A DNA stretch of 64,000 nt from Narcine bancroftii (GCF_036971445.1 NC_091480.1:25358001-25422000), one strand, 5' to 3'; shown: positions 12,593 through 26,323, counted from the stretch's first letter. Made by a program: numbers and translations. Notes: generated by a model from the sequence alone, not told the origin.

Positions 12593-12758
12593 AGAGAGCC
12601 AGAGAGCCAGAGAGCCAGAGAGCCAGAGAGCCAGAGAGCCAGAGAGCCAGAGAGCCAGAGAGCCAGAGAGCCAGAGAGCCAGAGAGCCAGAGAGCCAGAG
12701 AGCCAGAGAGCCAGAGAGCCAGAGAGCCAGAGAGCCAGAGAGCCAGAGAGCCAGAGAG
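12593..12758. repeat. (AGAGAGCC)n octamer tandem repeat, about 20 copies
   Basis: Seen directly. It produces the artefactual SQRAREPE and SGSLALWL ORFs. Confidence 0.95.
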
Positions 12759-12869
12759 ACGATTCAGGTTGATGGCTTTAATCAGAAATGGAGGTGAAAA
12801 GTACATTTCTGGACGAGAATGGAAACAACAAAAGATACCCTGACCAAATAACAATGTGCAACAACACCA

Positions 12870-14180
12870 AATCAAGTTAAAGTTCAAGTTTATTGTCATC
12901 TGTCTGTACACATACAACCCAATGAAACAGAACATCTCCAGACCATAGTGCACATGCACACTACACCCTTACACACAAATAACATATATATCAATCCAAA
13001 CTAAATATATAAATAAAAATAATTTACAGGTTTCTAGGATTGTACAACAGATTCACCACCTGCAGGAAGAATCTATTTCCAGCCTGACAGTCCTAGTTTT
13101 TAATCCTCCTCTACCTGTTCCTTGAAGGCAGTGTTTCAAAGATATTGCGAGCTGAATGGTGAAGGTCCACGATGATTCTCTGAGCTCTCTTTAAGCATCG
13201 CTCCCTGTCAATATTGTCAATAGGACCCCCTCCCCCAGTTTTAATCACCCTCTGTAATGACCTCCAATCTGATGCTTGGCAGCTACCATATCACACTGTG
13301 ATGCAGCCGCCAGGACCCTCTCCATTGTGCACCTATAGAAATGTTGTTCAGATGGTAATGGGTAGTCTTGCCCTCCTCACTCTACTCAGGAAGTGTGGGT
13401 GCTGCTCTGAGGTGCTATGGATCCGGGATAGGTCATCCTGTGGACAGTGTGCTGTACAGCAAACGAAAGAAAAAAAAAGAGAAGCTGTGAGTTGAACCAA
13501 CCCATGATCCTTTTCTGCACCTCCCACTGGGACCATTGTGAGGTCAGTCCAGTGCAAACCTGCATCTCCATGACCCAGTTCGCTTGTGGATTAGTGCAAC
13601 TCGCTACAGTCCCTTAATTGAACACCAAGGAACTGTGATCCACTCTCTCTCCATGACAGAGCCACTGATTATGTAGTGGGGAGTGGTCCCCTTTGTCCTC
13701 CTGAAGTTCACAATCACCTCCTTAGTCTTGGCCACACCGAGACACAGAGTGCTGCTCTTGCATCACTGCAAAAGCCTTATCAACCTCCTCCCTGTCAGCA
13801 CACTCCTCATTGTTGCCAATGTGGCCAACTATCATTATGTCATTTGTAAACTTGATTATTCTGTTGGAGCTTAACCCGGCAGGACAGTCAAGAATTAGCA
13901 GTGTGAACGGTAGCAGGCTGAGTACACAGCCCCAAGGTGCGCCCGTGTTCAGTGTGAAGGGGCTTGAGACAGACAGACTGAGGTCTTTCAATCAAGAAGT
14001 CCAAGAGCCAGTTGCAGATAGGAGTACTGAGTCCTAGCGAGGACAGTTATTGCACCAGCCTTTGAGGTATGACTGTGTTGAATGCCAAGCCTGGTGTATG
14101 AAGCATTGTTCTCTTGGTCGGTCAGGATGGAGTGGAGGGTCTGGGCTATTGCAGATCGGTTTGGGACAATATGGTGTAAT
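12870..14180 (-). mobile_element. Rex1/Babar-type LINE remnant
   Basis: Minus peptide LNTGAPWGCVLS..LFTL...IIKFTND (RT core). The tail aagttcaagtttattgtcat lies at the left end. Confidence 0.7.
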
Positions 14181-15021
14181 AAGAGACAGCAAAGCTCAAT
14201 GCCTTCTTCCTCAATTTGACCACCAGAACAAGAAAGAACCACTTCACACCACCCCCCCCACCCCCCCACCTCCCTCTCCAGTCAGTATCCCAATAGGATC
14301 TGCAGGCTGCTTTCAGGATAACGATCGAAGGAGAGCATCAGAACCAAGCCAAGTACTGAAAATCTCTGCTGAACACCTGACAAGTGCACTCATGGATATC
14401 TTCAACATTTCACTACAACAGGATGTGGTATCCAACTGTTTCAAGCAGGCTTCAATTGCCCAAGGAGAGTGTGATAACATGCCTAAATGATTATGGACCA
14501 TTGGCACACACATCCACAATGAAGTATTTTGAGATGCTAATTTTGAAGCATACAATCTCGTGTCAGAGCACCAAGGAAAAGTTCTCGTTTGCCTATTGCA
14601 ACGACAGGTCTACAGCAGATGCCACCTCACTGGCTCTCTACTATATCATGGACCATTGGTCATCAAAAATGACAAAACCAATCAGCAAACTCCAAGACCT
14701 GGGCCTCAATACTTCACTGTGCAATTTAATCTTGGAGTTGCTGCCTCACCTCCAGACCCCAGTCAATGTCAATAGGCAAGAACATATCCCCCAGTTTCCT
14801 TCTGTAGCAGAGCACCACAGGATTGTATACTTTTACCCCCTCCCCCCACTCTACTTACCTTACACCTCAGATTGTGTGGCTTGATATAACAAGAACATCA
14901 TATACAAACTCGCTGACAATACCAAGGTAGTGGGTTGTATAAAAGAGGCGACGAGTCAGCATACAGGAGGAAGATTGAAAACTTGGCTGAATGGCATACT
15001 AACAACAACGTCTAACTCAAT

Positions 15022-15541
15022 GGACCTTTTTGTAGTTCAAAAAAAGCGAACGTAAAGGTGGATATTCTCTGCCTTTACATCACTTACCTTGTTGAAAACT
15101 CCAAGGGTAGACTCAGAGGTGGAGCAACTCTCCCACCTCCTCCATGAAGGCAATGCTGCTAAAAGCAGCTGGGAATGGGGCAGGCAGATGGCATCGCCAG
15201 CCCGTGATCCAGGAGCAGGATTTTTTAAATCCTGTATGTCATAATATAGCTAATTATGTTGTCCAGGAGATCTGCCTGAGTCCTAAGACTGCTTGACAGA
15301 TCTGCACAAGTGCTCTTTGCTTTCCCTTCTCGGTGCATATAGATGATGTCAGGGTGATGAGTGGTGCTACTGTACCAGTCGCCTCACCTTCTTCAGCTCC
15401 AGAAGATGGCTCCTGACACTGCTCAGTCAGAAAGTAATGCTAGATTAGCTTTGTAGGCCTTCTCCATTAAAAGGTCAAATCAACTTTTTTTTTCTTTTCA
15501 TAGAGCCACCTTCAAGGCGTCATTGAACCACAAAAAGGACT
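15022..15541. mobile_element. Non-autonomous DNA transposon with 19-bp TIRs and 3-bp TSD (Harbinger-like)
   Basis: Left end ggacctttttgtagttcaa versus reverse complement of right end agtcctttttgtggttcaa (16/19). AAT duplicated at 15019-21 and 15542-44. Confidence 0.7.
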
Positions 15542-15597
15542 AATGTCACCAATACCAAGGAACTAATTGTAAACTTTAGGGAAGGATAATCGGAGGG

Positions 15598-16268
15598 TTT
15601 TTTTTAATAAATTTTATCTTTCATTTGCATCAATACAAGTACAGTATTTATCTACATCATAAATAAAAAACGATGCAAAAAGAATACAAAATTTCATATT
15701 TACTCCCCTACCCTCCCAAAAAAGTACGAATGATAGTAGAGAAAAAGCCTGCCTGATAATCATATAGCCTCTTGATTAATTAAATTTCAAACGCATAATG
15801 ATCTTGAACCTAGAATTAGCTAAGTTGGAGTGGGAGTGGCAGACGCTGTAATAAAATCCATACAAGGTTTCCAAATCTTATCAAATTTTTCTGGTTGATT
15901 CCGTAAATTGTACGTTATTTTCTCTAATGGTATACAGTTTAGTAGTTCCGTTTGCCATTTATTCAACACCACATTATTGTCTAGTTTCCACATTACAGCT
16001 ATACATTTCTTTGCTATTGTTATTGGTACATTTAAAAACTTCTGATAAATATCTAACTTCAACTCAAAAATATCTCCTAATAAAAATATTTTAGAATCTT
16101 TCAAAATTTGCACCTTCATTGCTCGTCCAATAAAATATTTGTATCTTCCCAAAATTTTCCTATTTTTTCATATTGCCAAACTGCATGGAGAAAAGTTCCT
16201 ACTTCTTTATTACATCTAAAACATTGATCAGAACAATTTGAATTAATTCCATGTAATTTATATGGAGT
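15598..16268 (-). mobile_element. L1-clade LINE 3' fragment (ORF2 C-terminus and tail)
   Basis: Peptides CFRCNKEVGTFLHAVW and IAKKCIAVMWK...PLEKITYNLRN. Poly-T at the left edge. Degenerate flanking repeat ggaaggataatcggagg/ggaaaggaaaatcagagg. Confidence 0.8.
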
Positions 16269-16779
16269 AGGAAAGGAAAATCAGAGGTGTGCAATCCATT
16301 GATCATTGCGGGAATCAAAGGCGGAGAGGGTGAAAAATTTTCATGGATTCAACCACCTCAGAGGAACTTTCCTGGACCCATCATACTACTGCAATCATGA
16401 ACAAAGAACATCAGTGCCTCTAATTCTCAGGTGTTTGCAAAGGTTCATTATGACATTGGAAACCTTGTGCTGACCAGCTGCATTATGGCTTGATCCAGGG
16501 GCATCAGTTCCTTCAAGCGGAAAGCACTGCAAAAGTAGTGGGCAAAACTCTCCCCACCATCAAGAGCATCCACATGGAATGTTGCAGTCAGCAAGCATCA
16601 AAAGTCCACACCACCCATGACATGCATGTTCTCACTACTGCCATCAGGAAAGAGGTGCCACAGGACTCGTAACTCCAGGTTCAGGAATAGTTGATATCCC
16701 TCAACCATTAGACTCCTGAACAACGGACTCACACCTTGCTTATTATTTATTATAGTACATTTATTTTTCCTGTGTTTGG

Positions 16780-18273
16780 TTTATAGGGAAGGGGGGCCCC
16801 ATAAACTTTCAGCAAAGACCTAAGGGGGCCGTAGCCAAAATAAGTCATTTTAGGTAAAATCGTATCTCTACCAAACATACATTTTACCAAAGATCGAATT
16901 TGATAATAAAGAAATAAAGAATTCTTATCAATACCAAAATCTTCCCTCATCTAATTAAAAGATAAAAACTTACCCTCTTTAAAACAATCTCCCAAATTGT
17001 TCACACCTTTAAATCTCCAATGCAATAAACTTTGATTATGTATTGAAAAAGAAATAAGTCAAATGGAGTACAACGGAGTCAAAGCCAATAATTTACCCCT
17101 AGAACCTATCATTTTATTTTTCTTTATCCATAACTTCATTAAATATTTTAGTATAGGCACATTATATTGTTGTAACAAATTCATATTCCACCTAATCAAA
17201 AATTGATGTATAATTGATGGAAATACTTTCCATCTCAATTTTAGCCCAACTAGGAGGCCATACCATATCCATCAATGAACTAATAAATTTAAGTTGGGCT
17301 GCCTCATAATAATTTTGAAAATGTGGTAAACGTAATCCCCCTAACTCATATTTCCTAGTTAATTTATTTAAAGCTACTCTCAAAAATTTACCCCTCCATA
17401 AAAACTCCCTAACCATTTTATTTAAATCTCGAAAAAAAATTTTATCAAGTAAATACGGAATAGATTGAAACAAATATTGTATACGCTGAAAGATATTCAT
17501 CTTAATTATATTTATCCTTCCCAATTAAATTAATAGGTAAATCTTTCCATTTAATCAAATCAGTTTTAATTTTTTTCATTAATGGAGCATAATTTAATTT
17601 ATATAAAGATTGATAATTAACATTCAAAATTGTACCCAGACATTTAATTCAATCAGTCCACTTCAAATTAATAATATTCTTATAAACTGAATAATCTCCT
17701 TCATTTACCGGTAATATTTCACTTTTTTCCCAATTAACTTTATATCCAGAAAGACATACATATTGTATTAAACATTCCTTCAAATGCAAAAGTGACTGAG
17801 TTGGATTTGTTAAATACACCAATACGTCATCAGCAAATAAATTAATTTTATACTCCTCATCTAAAACTTTCATACCTTGTATCTGTGTATTTTATCTTAT
17901 CAACTGTGCTAAAGGTTCAATCACTATAACGCAAAGCTGGTGATAAAGGACAACCTTGACGAGTGATCGAGTTAACTTAAAAGATTCCAAAATCAAACCA
18001 TTCGTCAATACTCTAGCTACCGGTTTACTATATAGAGCCCTAATCCAACCAATAAAAGGACCAAACTTAAATTTCTCCAAAACTTTAAACAAAAAATTCC
18101 ATTCAACTCTATCAAATGCTTTTTCTGCATCTAGGGATATCACCATCAGATGATCTAAAGATTGTTGAAATCTATTAATCAAACTAATCACTCACAAAAC
18201 ATTATCCAAAGCATATCTATTCTTTATAAAAACCTGTTTGATCAATATACCAAAAAAAGGTTGTGAATGGCTG
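16780..18273 (+). mobile_element. hAT MITE copy 2 (3' half), split by an L1 RT fragment
   Basis: gggaaggggggccccataaac...gggggccgtagccaaaa (about 16786-16840) and ccaaaaaaaggttgtgaatggctg (about 18250-18273) are contiguous in the intact copy at 26850-26921. Confidence 0.6.
16841..18250 (-). mobile_element. L1-clade LINE ORF2 reverse transcriptase fragment
   Basis: Peptides [37 protein letters not shown] and GRINIIKMNI..RIQYLFQ, LGGLRLP. Confidence 0.9.
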
Positions 18274-18904
18274 GTCCAGAGGATGTGCAAAGAATGGGAG
18301 ATAAATAGGGCAGTAAAAAAATGTTTGAATTATAAAATACAGAACACAACAGTTAATAAAATACTGAAATGAAAGAATGCAAAAAATACTCAACAAGGCT
18401 TGGCAGCTGTGGAAAGAAAATAGACCATGTCTCAAGTTGATTATCATATGTTGAACTGATCAGTTCTGACAGAAACTGGGAAGGCTGATTGCTGAGGAAT
18501 TCAACAGGAAACTTAGAGAAATGTAACATGTGAAATGAAAGACAAAGTACTGTTCCTTGAGCCTGCTTTGGTCAGTTTTGAAACAAACTGGGTGGCCAAT
18601 GCCAAATATATTGGAGTGGCAGTGGGATGGAAAGTTAAGGTAATTTATGAAGGGTTCTGACTCCAAATGTCAACAATTCTTTTTCTCCATCTTGCATTCT
18701 TCAACCTGTCAGGTTCCTCCAAGATTTTTTTTAAAAAACACCTGCAATATTAACTCAGTTTCTCTCCCCAACCCCATCTGATACTACCCAACTGACATTT
18801 AAACATTCCTTTTTGCCTTTCAGATTTCACTCTTCAGTTCTAATACATCTCCTTCCATTTATATGTCCAACAGAGAGATGTGATTAACAAGCAGTCACCA
18901 TCTT

Positions 18905-19770
18905 CTTTTCCTTTTAAAAAAAACTTTAAAAACTTTTAAAACAACAAATCAATAACAACAAAAAAAAGATTTTTTATATAAAATAATACCCCCCCACCTC
19001 CCAGCCAACTCCCTTAAGGGGAGCCAAGAAAAACAAAGAATATACAATATTTTAAGATATTTCCAAACCCATATATTCCAAATAAGACGACCACATTTTA
19101 ACAAAAAAATTATCATGTAAATTATGTTATATGCCAACGTACTATATTAATCTCTACATTATCTTTCCAAGTAATTGCTACACACTTTCGTGCCACAGAT
19201 AACACCAAATGAACACCAACCTCAATCCAGTTTAAGAAACCATATAATCCAACAAAAAAATGGTAATTTAATTTGAAATAATTTCTCCAAAACCAACCTA
19301 ACTTTTTCCCAAAATGGTTGTACCTCATCACAAGACCATATTTTTCAATTTCTCTGGAGTCAAATATAACTGATGCAAAAAATTATAATTAACCGAACCA
19401 TATCTTACATTAGTCAATTTAGTTACCCCTTCATGACACATAACCTCCCAATCTTCTTGAGATATTGCATAGGTTAAATCACTTTCCCATTTATTTCTAG
19501 ATTTCTCCAAATTCGGTTTTTCCATATTTTCCTGTAACAATCGATACATATCTGAAATAAAACTTCTCTTTGGTATAAAGGAAATCAAAGATTCAAATTT
19601 TGTTAACTTAGGTAGACTCATCTCTTTACCATAATTATCCCTTATCAAAGATCTGAGTTGGTAAGACACAAATAAAGGATTTACCGATATATCAAATTTA
19701 TCCCTCAATTGATTATAAGAAAGAAACTGGCCTTCAAAACAGTCCTGAATCATTTTTATACCCTGAGAAT
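18905..19770 (-). mobile_element. L1-clade LINE ORF2 C-terminal fragment
   Basis: Peptides KWESDL, YNFLHQLYLTPEKL and VARKCVAITWK. A different subfamily from the 15.6 kb copy. Confidence 0.8.
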
Positions 19771-20630
19771 CAAAGGGAAAACTCTGGAGCCAGCCATCTC
19801 GAATTGCTGTGGTGGCTGGCCATCAAGACATGTCTGGGATAGACCTACCAGCCCCCATTTCTTGGTTGATACAGGGGCTGAGATCGGCATGCTTCCCCTT
19901 CGGGGCGTGACACACCTAACAGAAAACCCGGGCCATCACTGAAAGCTGCAAACTGCAGTACTATCCAGACATTTGGCACGCATAGAGTCCCGCTTCAGTT
20001 CAGCGACACCAAGTTCATATGGATGTTCACATTGGCTGCAGTCGCACAACCACTAATAAGAGCCGATTTCCTTAGAGCTCATGGTCTGCTGGTTGATCTA
20101 GACTCCTAGAGGGATGAAGGCTTGTTCTTAACAACACTTTCCAGACCTTCCCCCTAGGTGAGGAGAATGAATTCGCCAGGTTGTTGGCGGAATTCCCCGC
20201 AATAATTACGCCGCAATTCACCTCAGCGATGCTGAAACAAGGGGTGCAGCACCACATATCAATCAAAGGGCCACTGCTGCATGCAGAGCTTGCAGGCTCC
20301 CTCCAGATAAACTTCATCTGCCCAAAGAAGAGTTTGAAAGGATGGAGGACACAGGTATTGTACAATAGTCTGATAGCTCCTGGGCCTCCCCCTTCCACAT
20401 GGTATCCAAGGCCTCAGGTGGATGGAGACCCTCTGGTGATTATCGCAGGTTGAACAAGGTTATCGGACTGGATTGCTACCTGAAACTGCATTTATAGGAC
20501 TTCACTCCCCACCTGCAGGGAGACCACATTTTTCCCCAAGGTGAACCTAGTCCAGGGGTATCATCAGATTCCAGTCCACCCACATGACATTCCAAAAACG
20601 GCTATTATTACATCCTTTGGCCTTTTTGAA
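19771..20630 (+). mobile_element. Ty3/Gypsy LTR-retrotransposon pol fragment (protease and RT start)
   Basis: FLVDTGAEIG (aspartic protease), SPWASP.HMV, GWRPSGDYRRLN and GYHQIPVHPHDIPKTAIIT.FGLFE across frameshifts. Confidence 0.85.
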
Positions 20631-20717
20631 TTATTTTATCTGCAAATATTGCTTTTAGACATCTGTATGAGTATTCTATGGATATGATTAGATAATTAAA
20701 GCTGCAAAAATAATTAC

Positions 20718-20750
20718 CGTAAGTGATTTCAACTCTGACAATTCCACAAT
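20718..20750 (-). CDS. Putative 33-nt micro-exon of the uncharacterised gene (IVELSELKSLT)
   Basis: Acceptor ttttaatcaaaccag|, donor ACG|gtaatt, phase 0/0 and open. Short, so a chance match is possible. Confidence 0.35.
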
Positions 20751-21209
20751 CTGGTTTGATTAAAATCAAAATTCACCTCACGTGGTCCAAAATGCCTGCA
20801 ATTCAACGTTTTCCGTTTTTTTTAAATTGTCTTTCAGAGTAAATGATGGAGGAGTTAGAACAGAGAAAACAGATAGAATGAGATGAAAGTTATTAAAATG
20901 TTGGTGTAGCTATACATAGCAATAGGCCCTGAAGTGGCAAATAAATCATTTTAGTTTAAACAATTGACATGGAAACTTACATACACCCCACCAATGAGAA
21001 AAGACAAACTGAAAGAAAAATGAGTCGATGACAGTCCTGACTATTCATTCCCCAAAATAAGATGTACTGTACAGTCAGTCTCCAATGTAAATAATTCATG
21101 CCATTCATAAAAGTGAAACAAGAATACACATTTTAGTGCAAAGTTTCCAGAGCATTAATCTGATTTTGCTGTCCTCAAGTTACATGACATCATAAAATGA
21201 GTGTGGTTA

Positions 21210-22843
21210 AGACAGACGCACACCAGCCTTGGCAGGGAGTGCAGACCATTACACCCTACAAAGTCAAGGCGAACACTACCCAATGAGCGGAACACGATGC
21301 CCGCTTTGAGAAGAACCAAATAGTGCCTACTAGAATCCCTGAAGAGGCCAAGGACCCGGTGATATGTCTCCAAAGGTGACATCAGAATATCATTGAAGAG
21401 GGTGAACCCACCCTGACAGCATACTTGGCAGGGGACTGGAAATCTGCGCCAACCAATTAACTGAAGTGTTCAGATATTTTCAACCTCTCATTGAGGCATT
21501 CAGAGGTTCCCACCAGATATTTTCAACCTCTCATTGAGGCAGTCAGAGGTTCCCACCAGCTTCAAAAGGACATCATCATCCAGGCACCCAAGAAGAGTCA
21601 TGTGGGCTACCTCAATGGCTACTGCCCTGTAGCACTAACTTCTACTGAAGTTGAGTCATGGCCAGAATTAACATGTACTCAAGTAAAGATCTGGACCCAA
21701 TGTAATTTGCCTTTCATCAGTCACTACAACAATGCAATATTGCTGGCTCCCCAGATCACCTAAAAAAAAAAGCATTTCAAAAATACGACTTCTCTTCACA
21801 AACTACAGCTCGCCCTTCAATACCATTATTCCCTCAGAGTTGGTCAAGAAGCTACAAACTATAAGCCTTTATACCCCACTCTGCAATTGGATCCTTGTCT
21901 TTCTCATCAGATGAATACAATCAGTACAAATTGGATAGAATGTCTCCTCCTCACTGATTATCAACACAGGGGGACCCAAGGATGCACGCTTAGCCCACTT
22001 CTCTACTCATTATATACCCATGATTATGTGGCCAGGCACAATTCCAATGCCATCTACAATGACACCATACTGGTCAGCAGAAACACAAACGGCAATGAGG
22101 AAGTGCACAGGAAGGAGATAGATCAGGTTGTTGAATGGTGTAATGACAACATCCTTGTGCTCAACAGCTACAAAACCAAGGAGATGATTGTGGACTTCTA
22201 GAGGAAAGCCAGGAAATACAATCCAGTCCTCAATGAGGGCTCAGTAGTGGAGAAGCTCAAATTCCTGGATGTCAAAATCTCTGAGGATCTGTCCTGGAGC
22301 CAGCGGCTATACTTTGTGAGGTGTCTGAAAAGATTTGGTATGTCACCAAAGACTCTATTAAACTTCTATAGGTGTACCATGGAGAGCATTCTGGCTGGTT
22401 GCATCACTGACTGGTATGGAGCTGCCAACTCTCAGGATAAGAATAAACTCCAGAGGGCCGTTAACTCAGCCTGCAACATCACAGGCAACAGACTTCACTC
22501 CATTGACGACATCTACATAAGGTGGCATCTTAAAAAAGCAGCCTCTATCCTCAGACCTCCACCACCCAGGCCATGCCCTCTTCACTCCGCTCCCATCAGG
22601 GAAAATGTACAGGAGTCCAAAGACGTGCACTCAACAGCACAAGGACAGTTTCTTCCCTGCTGCCATCATATTCCTGAATAATTAATGAACCAAAGACAAT
22701 GCATTACTTTGCAGGCAACATTATTGCTATTTTTTTTAATAGTAATGTTGTAAGATGGTTATAATATGAACGTTTGCACTGTGACGCTGGCACAAAACAT
22801 CACATTTCATGACTTGTTCATGACAATAAATCTGGATTCTGAT
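21210..22843 (+). mobile_element. Rex1/Babar-type LINE, same family as 8010-9472
   Basis: Collinear similarity to the 8 kb copy, with GTQGCTLSPLLYSLYTHD and KTKEMIVDF. Internal 43-bp tandem duplication at about 21471-21560. Confidence 0.85.
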
Positions 22844-23227
22844 TCTTTTATTGTTATGTCCAAGAACAGGTCATATATTTCAATTTATATGCCAGATTTA
22901 ATTAACAGCTAATAATGCAAAAATATCTACTCAGAGATTATCTGATTGATTTAATGGAAAAGGGAGAAACAAGTTCTACATTTAAATAAGATTGACTTCA
23001 ACACATTAAATCCAATTCTATTCCTGAGCAATGTTACCTGGGCAAACTCTTGATTGCACGGAGATTTGTAATAAGGAAAATGATCGTAATTGGCAATGTG
23101 AGAGAGAAGGGGAAAAAATATAAATCCTAGTTCAGGAGATGCAAAGAATTATAACAATAATAAGAATTTTTGAAAAGTACAAGAAATAGCAAAAGTAACA
23201 TCAGTTATTTTACAATTATATTTGGAA

Positions 23228-23795
23228 AGGGCAGTATTGATAGTGTAGCAGTAAACGCAATACTGTTCTTCTTTGGCTTGGCTTCGCGGACGAAGATTTA
23301 TGGAGGGGGTAAAAAGTCCACGTCAGCTGCAGGCTCGTTTGTGGCTGACAAGTCCGATGCGGGACAGGCAGACACGATTGCAGCGGTTGCAGGGGAAAAT
23401 TGGTGGGTTGGGGTTGGGTGTTGGGTTTTTCCTCCTTTGCCTTTTGTCAGTGAGGTGGGCTCTGCGGTCTTCTTCAAAGGAGGTTGCTGCCCGCCAAACT
23501 GTGAGGCGCCAAGATGCACGGTTTGAGGCGATATCAGCCCACTGGCGGTGGTCAATGTGGCAGGCACCAAGAGATTTCTTTAGGCAGTCCTTGTACCTTT
23601 TCTTTGGTGCACTGTTACAGCATCAGTAACATGCGGTTTGAATCCGGCACTGTCTGTAAGGAATTTGTATGTTCTCTCCATGTTTACGTGTGTTTGCTCC
23701 TAGCCTTCAAAAATCTACCAGGCTAGGTGGGGTTTGTACGTTAATGTACAAGCACATGGGCTGGAAAAGTCTGTTACAATTCTGGGTCTAAATTT
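23228..23795 (+). mobile_element. tRNA-derived SINE split by a BovB insertion
   Basis: A-box-like tagtgtagcagt at the left. After the insert comes B-box-like ggtttgaatcc followed by ctgtctgtaaggaatttgtatgttctc, shared with 59013-59220. Confidence 0.6.
23268..23610 (-). mobile_element. 5'-truncated RTE-BovB LINE
   Basis: Near-identical to 33315-33655. actgtt is repeated on both flanks (23262 and 23611). Confidence 0.9.
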
Positions 23796-26323
23796 AACAT
23801 TTTTTAAAAACATTAGAGAAGAATGAAACTCTTGAGGATGGATAATGGTGAAACAATAAAATACAGAAGAAACAGACATTGATTTTTTTTTTAAACTAAG
23901 TCAGTGTTTAGAGTGGAATAGGGCAGCATGTGAGCATATCAAGTAGAAATAAATCAAGAACAAGGGTTCAAAACATGCAGGTCAATTTAATAGAAAAGGG
24001 AAATTATGGCAACAAATACTGTACTGCAGATTTGCCACCTTTTAACAGTTTTATCCAGAAATAATGGGTTGACAATTATTGATAGGTCAGGCAAAAATTT
24101 TCTCAATTGCAAACCATTTGGTTCGATTGAACATAGCAAGGGTTCTTCTGGGGATAGCAAGATGGAACACCACTTTGTCTCTTGCCCCAAATCCACCTTT
24201 TGCTGCTAAACCAATTTCCAAACCACATCAGGAATTTAAGAGCAAGATATAGAAAGGTGGAAATTACAAAACCCAAGCCCTACACCTATTGTTGGGTACT
24301 GTCATCTGTAGTCAAGGAATGATCTTAAAAATGATCAGTTGCCCAGAGAAAGCAACCATAGATTTAGAATGGCAAGATCAATGCTGATGACCTGAACTCT
24401 GAGTAGAATGGGTCTGTCAATAGATAGCATTTAAAGAGACATCCAGAAAATCCCTCAGGCAATATGGTAAAGTTAAAGGAATTCAAAACTTCATTTGGCA
24501 ATTGGCTTCTCATATCATAGGGAATAATTGTCCCATGCTTCCCCAGTTCAAACATCCGTGATCAATGGACAAAGTAAAATGGTTGCAGATCTGATTGCAG
24601 ATACTTATCCACATCAGTTCACTCACTTAAATTTGTTTCTGAAGTTTATCTTCAATATTGCTAATGAGAACTGCCCAAATGAGAGACATTTTAAAGTCAC
24701 CAGATAAATGTCAATCCACATTTCAACATTTGGTTTGTATGGCATCTATATCACAAGTGGAAATACCTCTTGCCATTTCCACTCATAGCATAAATGCTAT
24801 ACAAATCAAATCCTGCATTATTTGCACAAGTTTCAAGTGTTATGCAGATTCCTTATGTACAGAATTTTAAAAAAACCAAATCTCGAGTGAACAACATATC
24901 CTTTATATTGTTCCACTATTTCTATCTCTTCTTTACCAACTCCAGTCCCACCCCACTCTTCACCTCCTCTGTCCAATACCGTATCATCTCATGGCTTCTC
25001 TCTAGCTCCCCCCTCCCCGATATTCTTGACATCTCCTTTTGCGACTTCAATGTTGATAAAATCTCCTGATCCGAAACACTGACTGACCATTTAGCACCAC
25101 GGATACTGCCCAACCTGACAAGTCCATTCAAATTCTCTTTATTCATCCTTTCTGCATTTTCTTACTAGAGAATGTTACCCTCTGAGCAACTGTTGAATTC
25201 ATCACACTGTTTCAATCAGCCTCTCTGAATCCAATCAATTCTTGCTGATCAATCAAACAAAATCACATTGTTTTGGAGCAATTGGTATAAAATTATACCA
25301 TGCTATAATTTTGTTGTTTCTGCATCTGCAGGCTCTTATTAAACCTGACTTACCAAGTCATGCCAATAAATTAAACAGTACTATTTCCCATTTCTTTTGA
25401 GGTTAGGAACATAAATTTGCATTTTTTTTTTGCCTTTCTTAGTGGAGCTTGGATTTTATATTCATTTGGTAGAACAGATATTTCTGATAAAGGTCAAATG
25501 AGAAGGTTTGTTATTGAGCTCAAGTTAAAAAGTTAACTTCAATTGGAGGTGTACGTTTCAAGAGCTTGAAGGGCAATAGTAGCATTGGAATAATGAGTTT
25601 CTTGTGATTTTTTTTTAAAAGTACAGTGCAACCAGCTTACGTGTAATATTACTGGAGGCATTTGGATTTATTAACATCACATACAACCCTGAGATTCTTT
25701 TTTTCCTGTGTGCCCAGCAGAATTACCATTAATTGGTAGTAAAAAAAATCTGTAGACAGTGTAAACAAACAAAGAACATGTAAACATAATGAATGTAAAC
25801 AAACTGACTATGCAATACAGAGGGAACAAAAGCAAATCAATAAAGTGGACAAATAAGAGTCCTTAAATGAGTCTCTGATTGCAATATGCTGCCAGCTTTA
25901 CTCGGAAAACTTTGTTAATGAATTACTAAAGGGAAACAATCACAACAGCATGTTGTCTGTTGAGAGCAGCAAGCTGTTTAACTGTTCAAAACAAAGATAT
26001 TGTCCCTATTGATAAAATTAAAGAGTAGAGCAAGCCTGATTGGCAGCAGCCAAGCCAGGCCCACCGCCAAACTTAAGAGTTATCAATACCACCATGGCAA
26101 TTCTAGAATGGACTTGCATTAGAGCACTCGTTTCAATGCATCACTAATCAGGATTGTGTAAAGTGGAGCCACTGGATATTATATCAAAAGAACTAGAAAG
26201 GAGGACGAGGGAAAAGCTCCAATCAGAACAAGAGTACAATGAAGGCTTGTTTTAGTTTGAATTATTCACAATAACCGAAATAAAAAGCACAGCAATAAAC
26301 ACAGTTCATGGAACGTCATAAAC

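Larger units (their letters stand above)
14330..16735 (+). mobile_element. Rex1/Babar-type LINE interrupted by a MITE (15022-15541) and an L1 fragment (15598-16268)
   Basis: Peptides DIFNISLQQ, CLNDYGPLA.TSTMKYFE and YKLADNTKVVG. The sequence resumes collinearly after each insertion. Confidence 0.75.

Noticed and set aside
12495-12959. ORFs with SGSLALWL / SQRAREPE repeats
   Set aside because: Translations of the octamer microsatellite.
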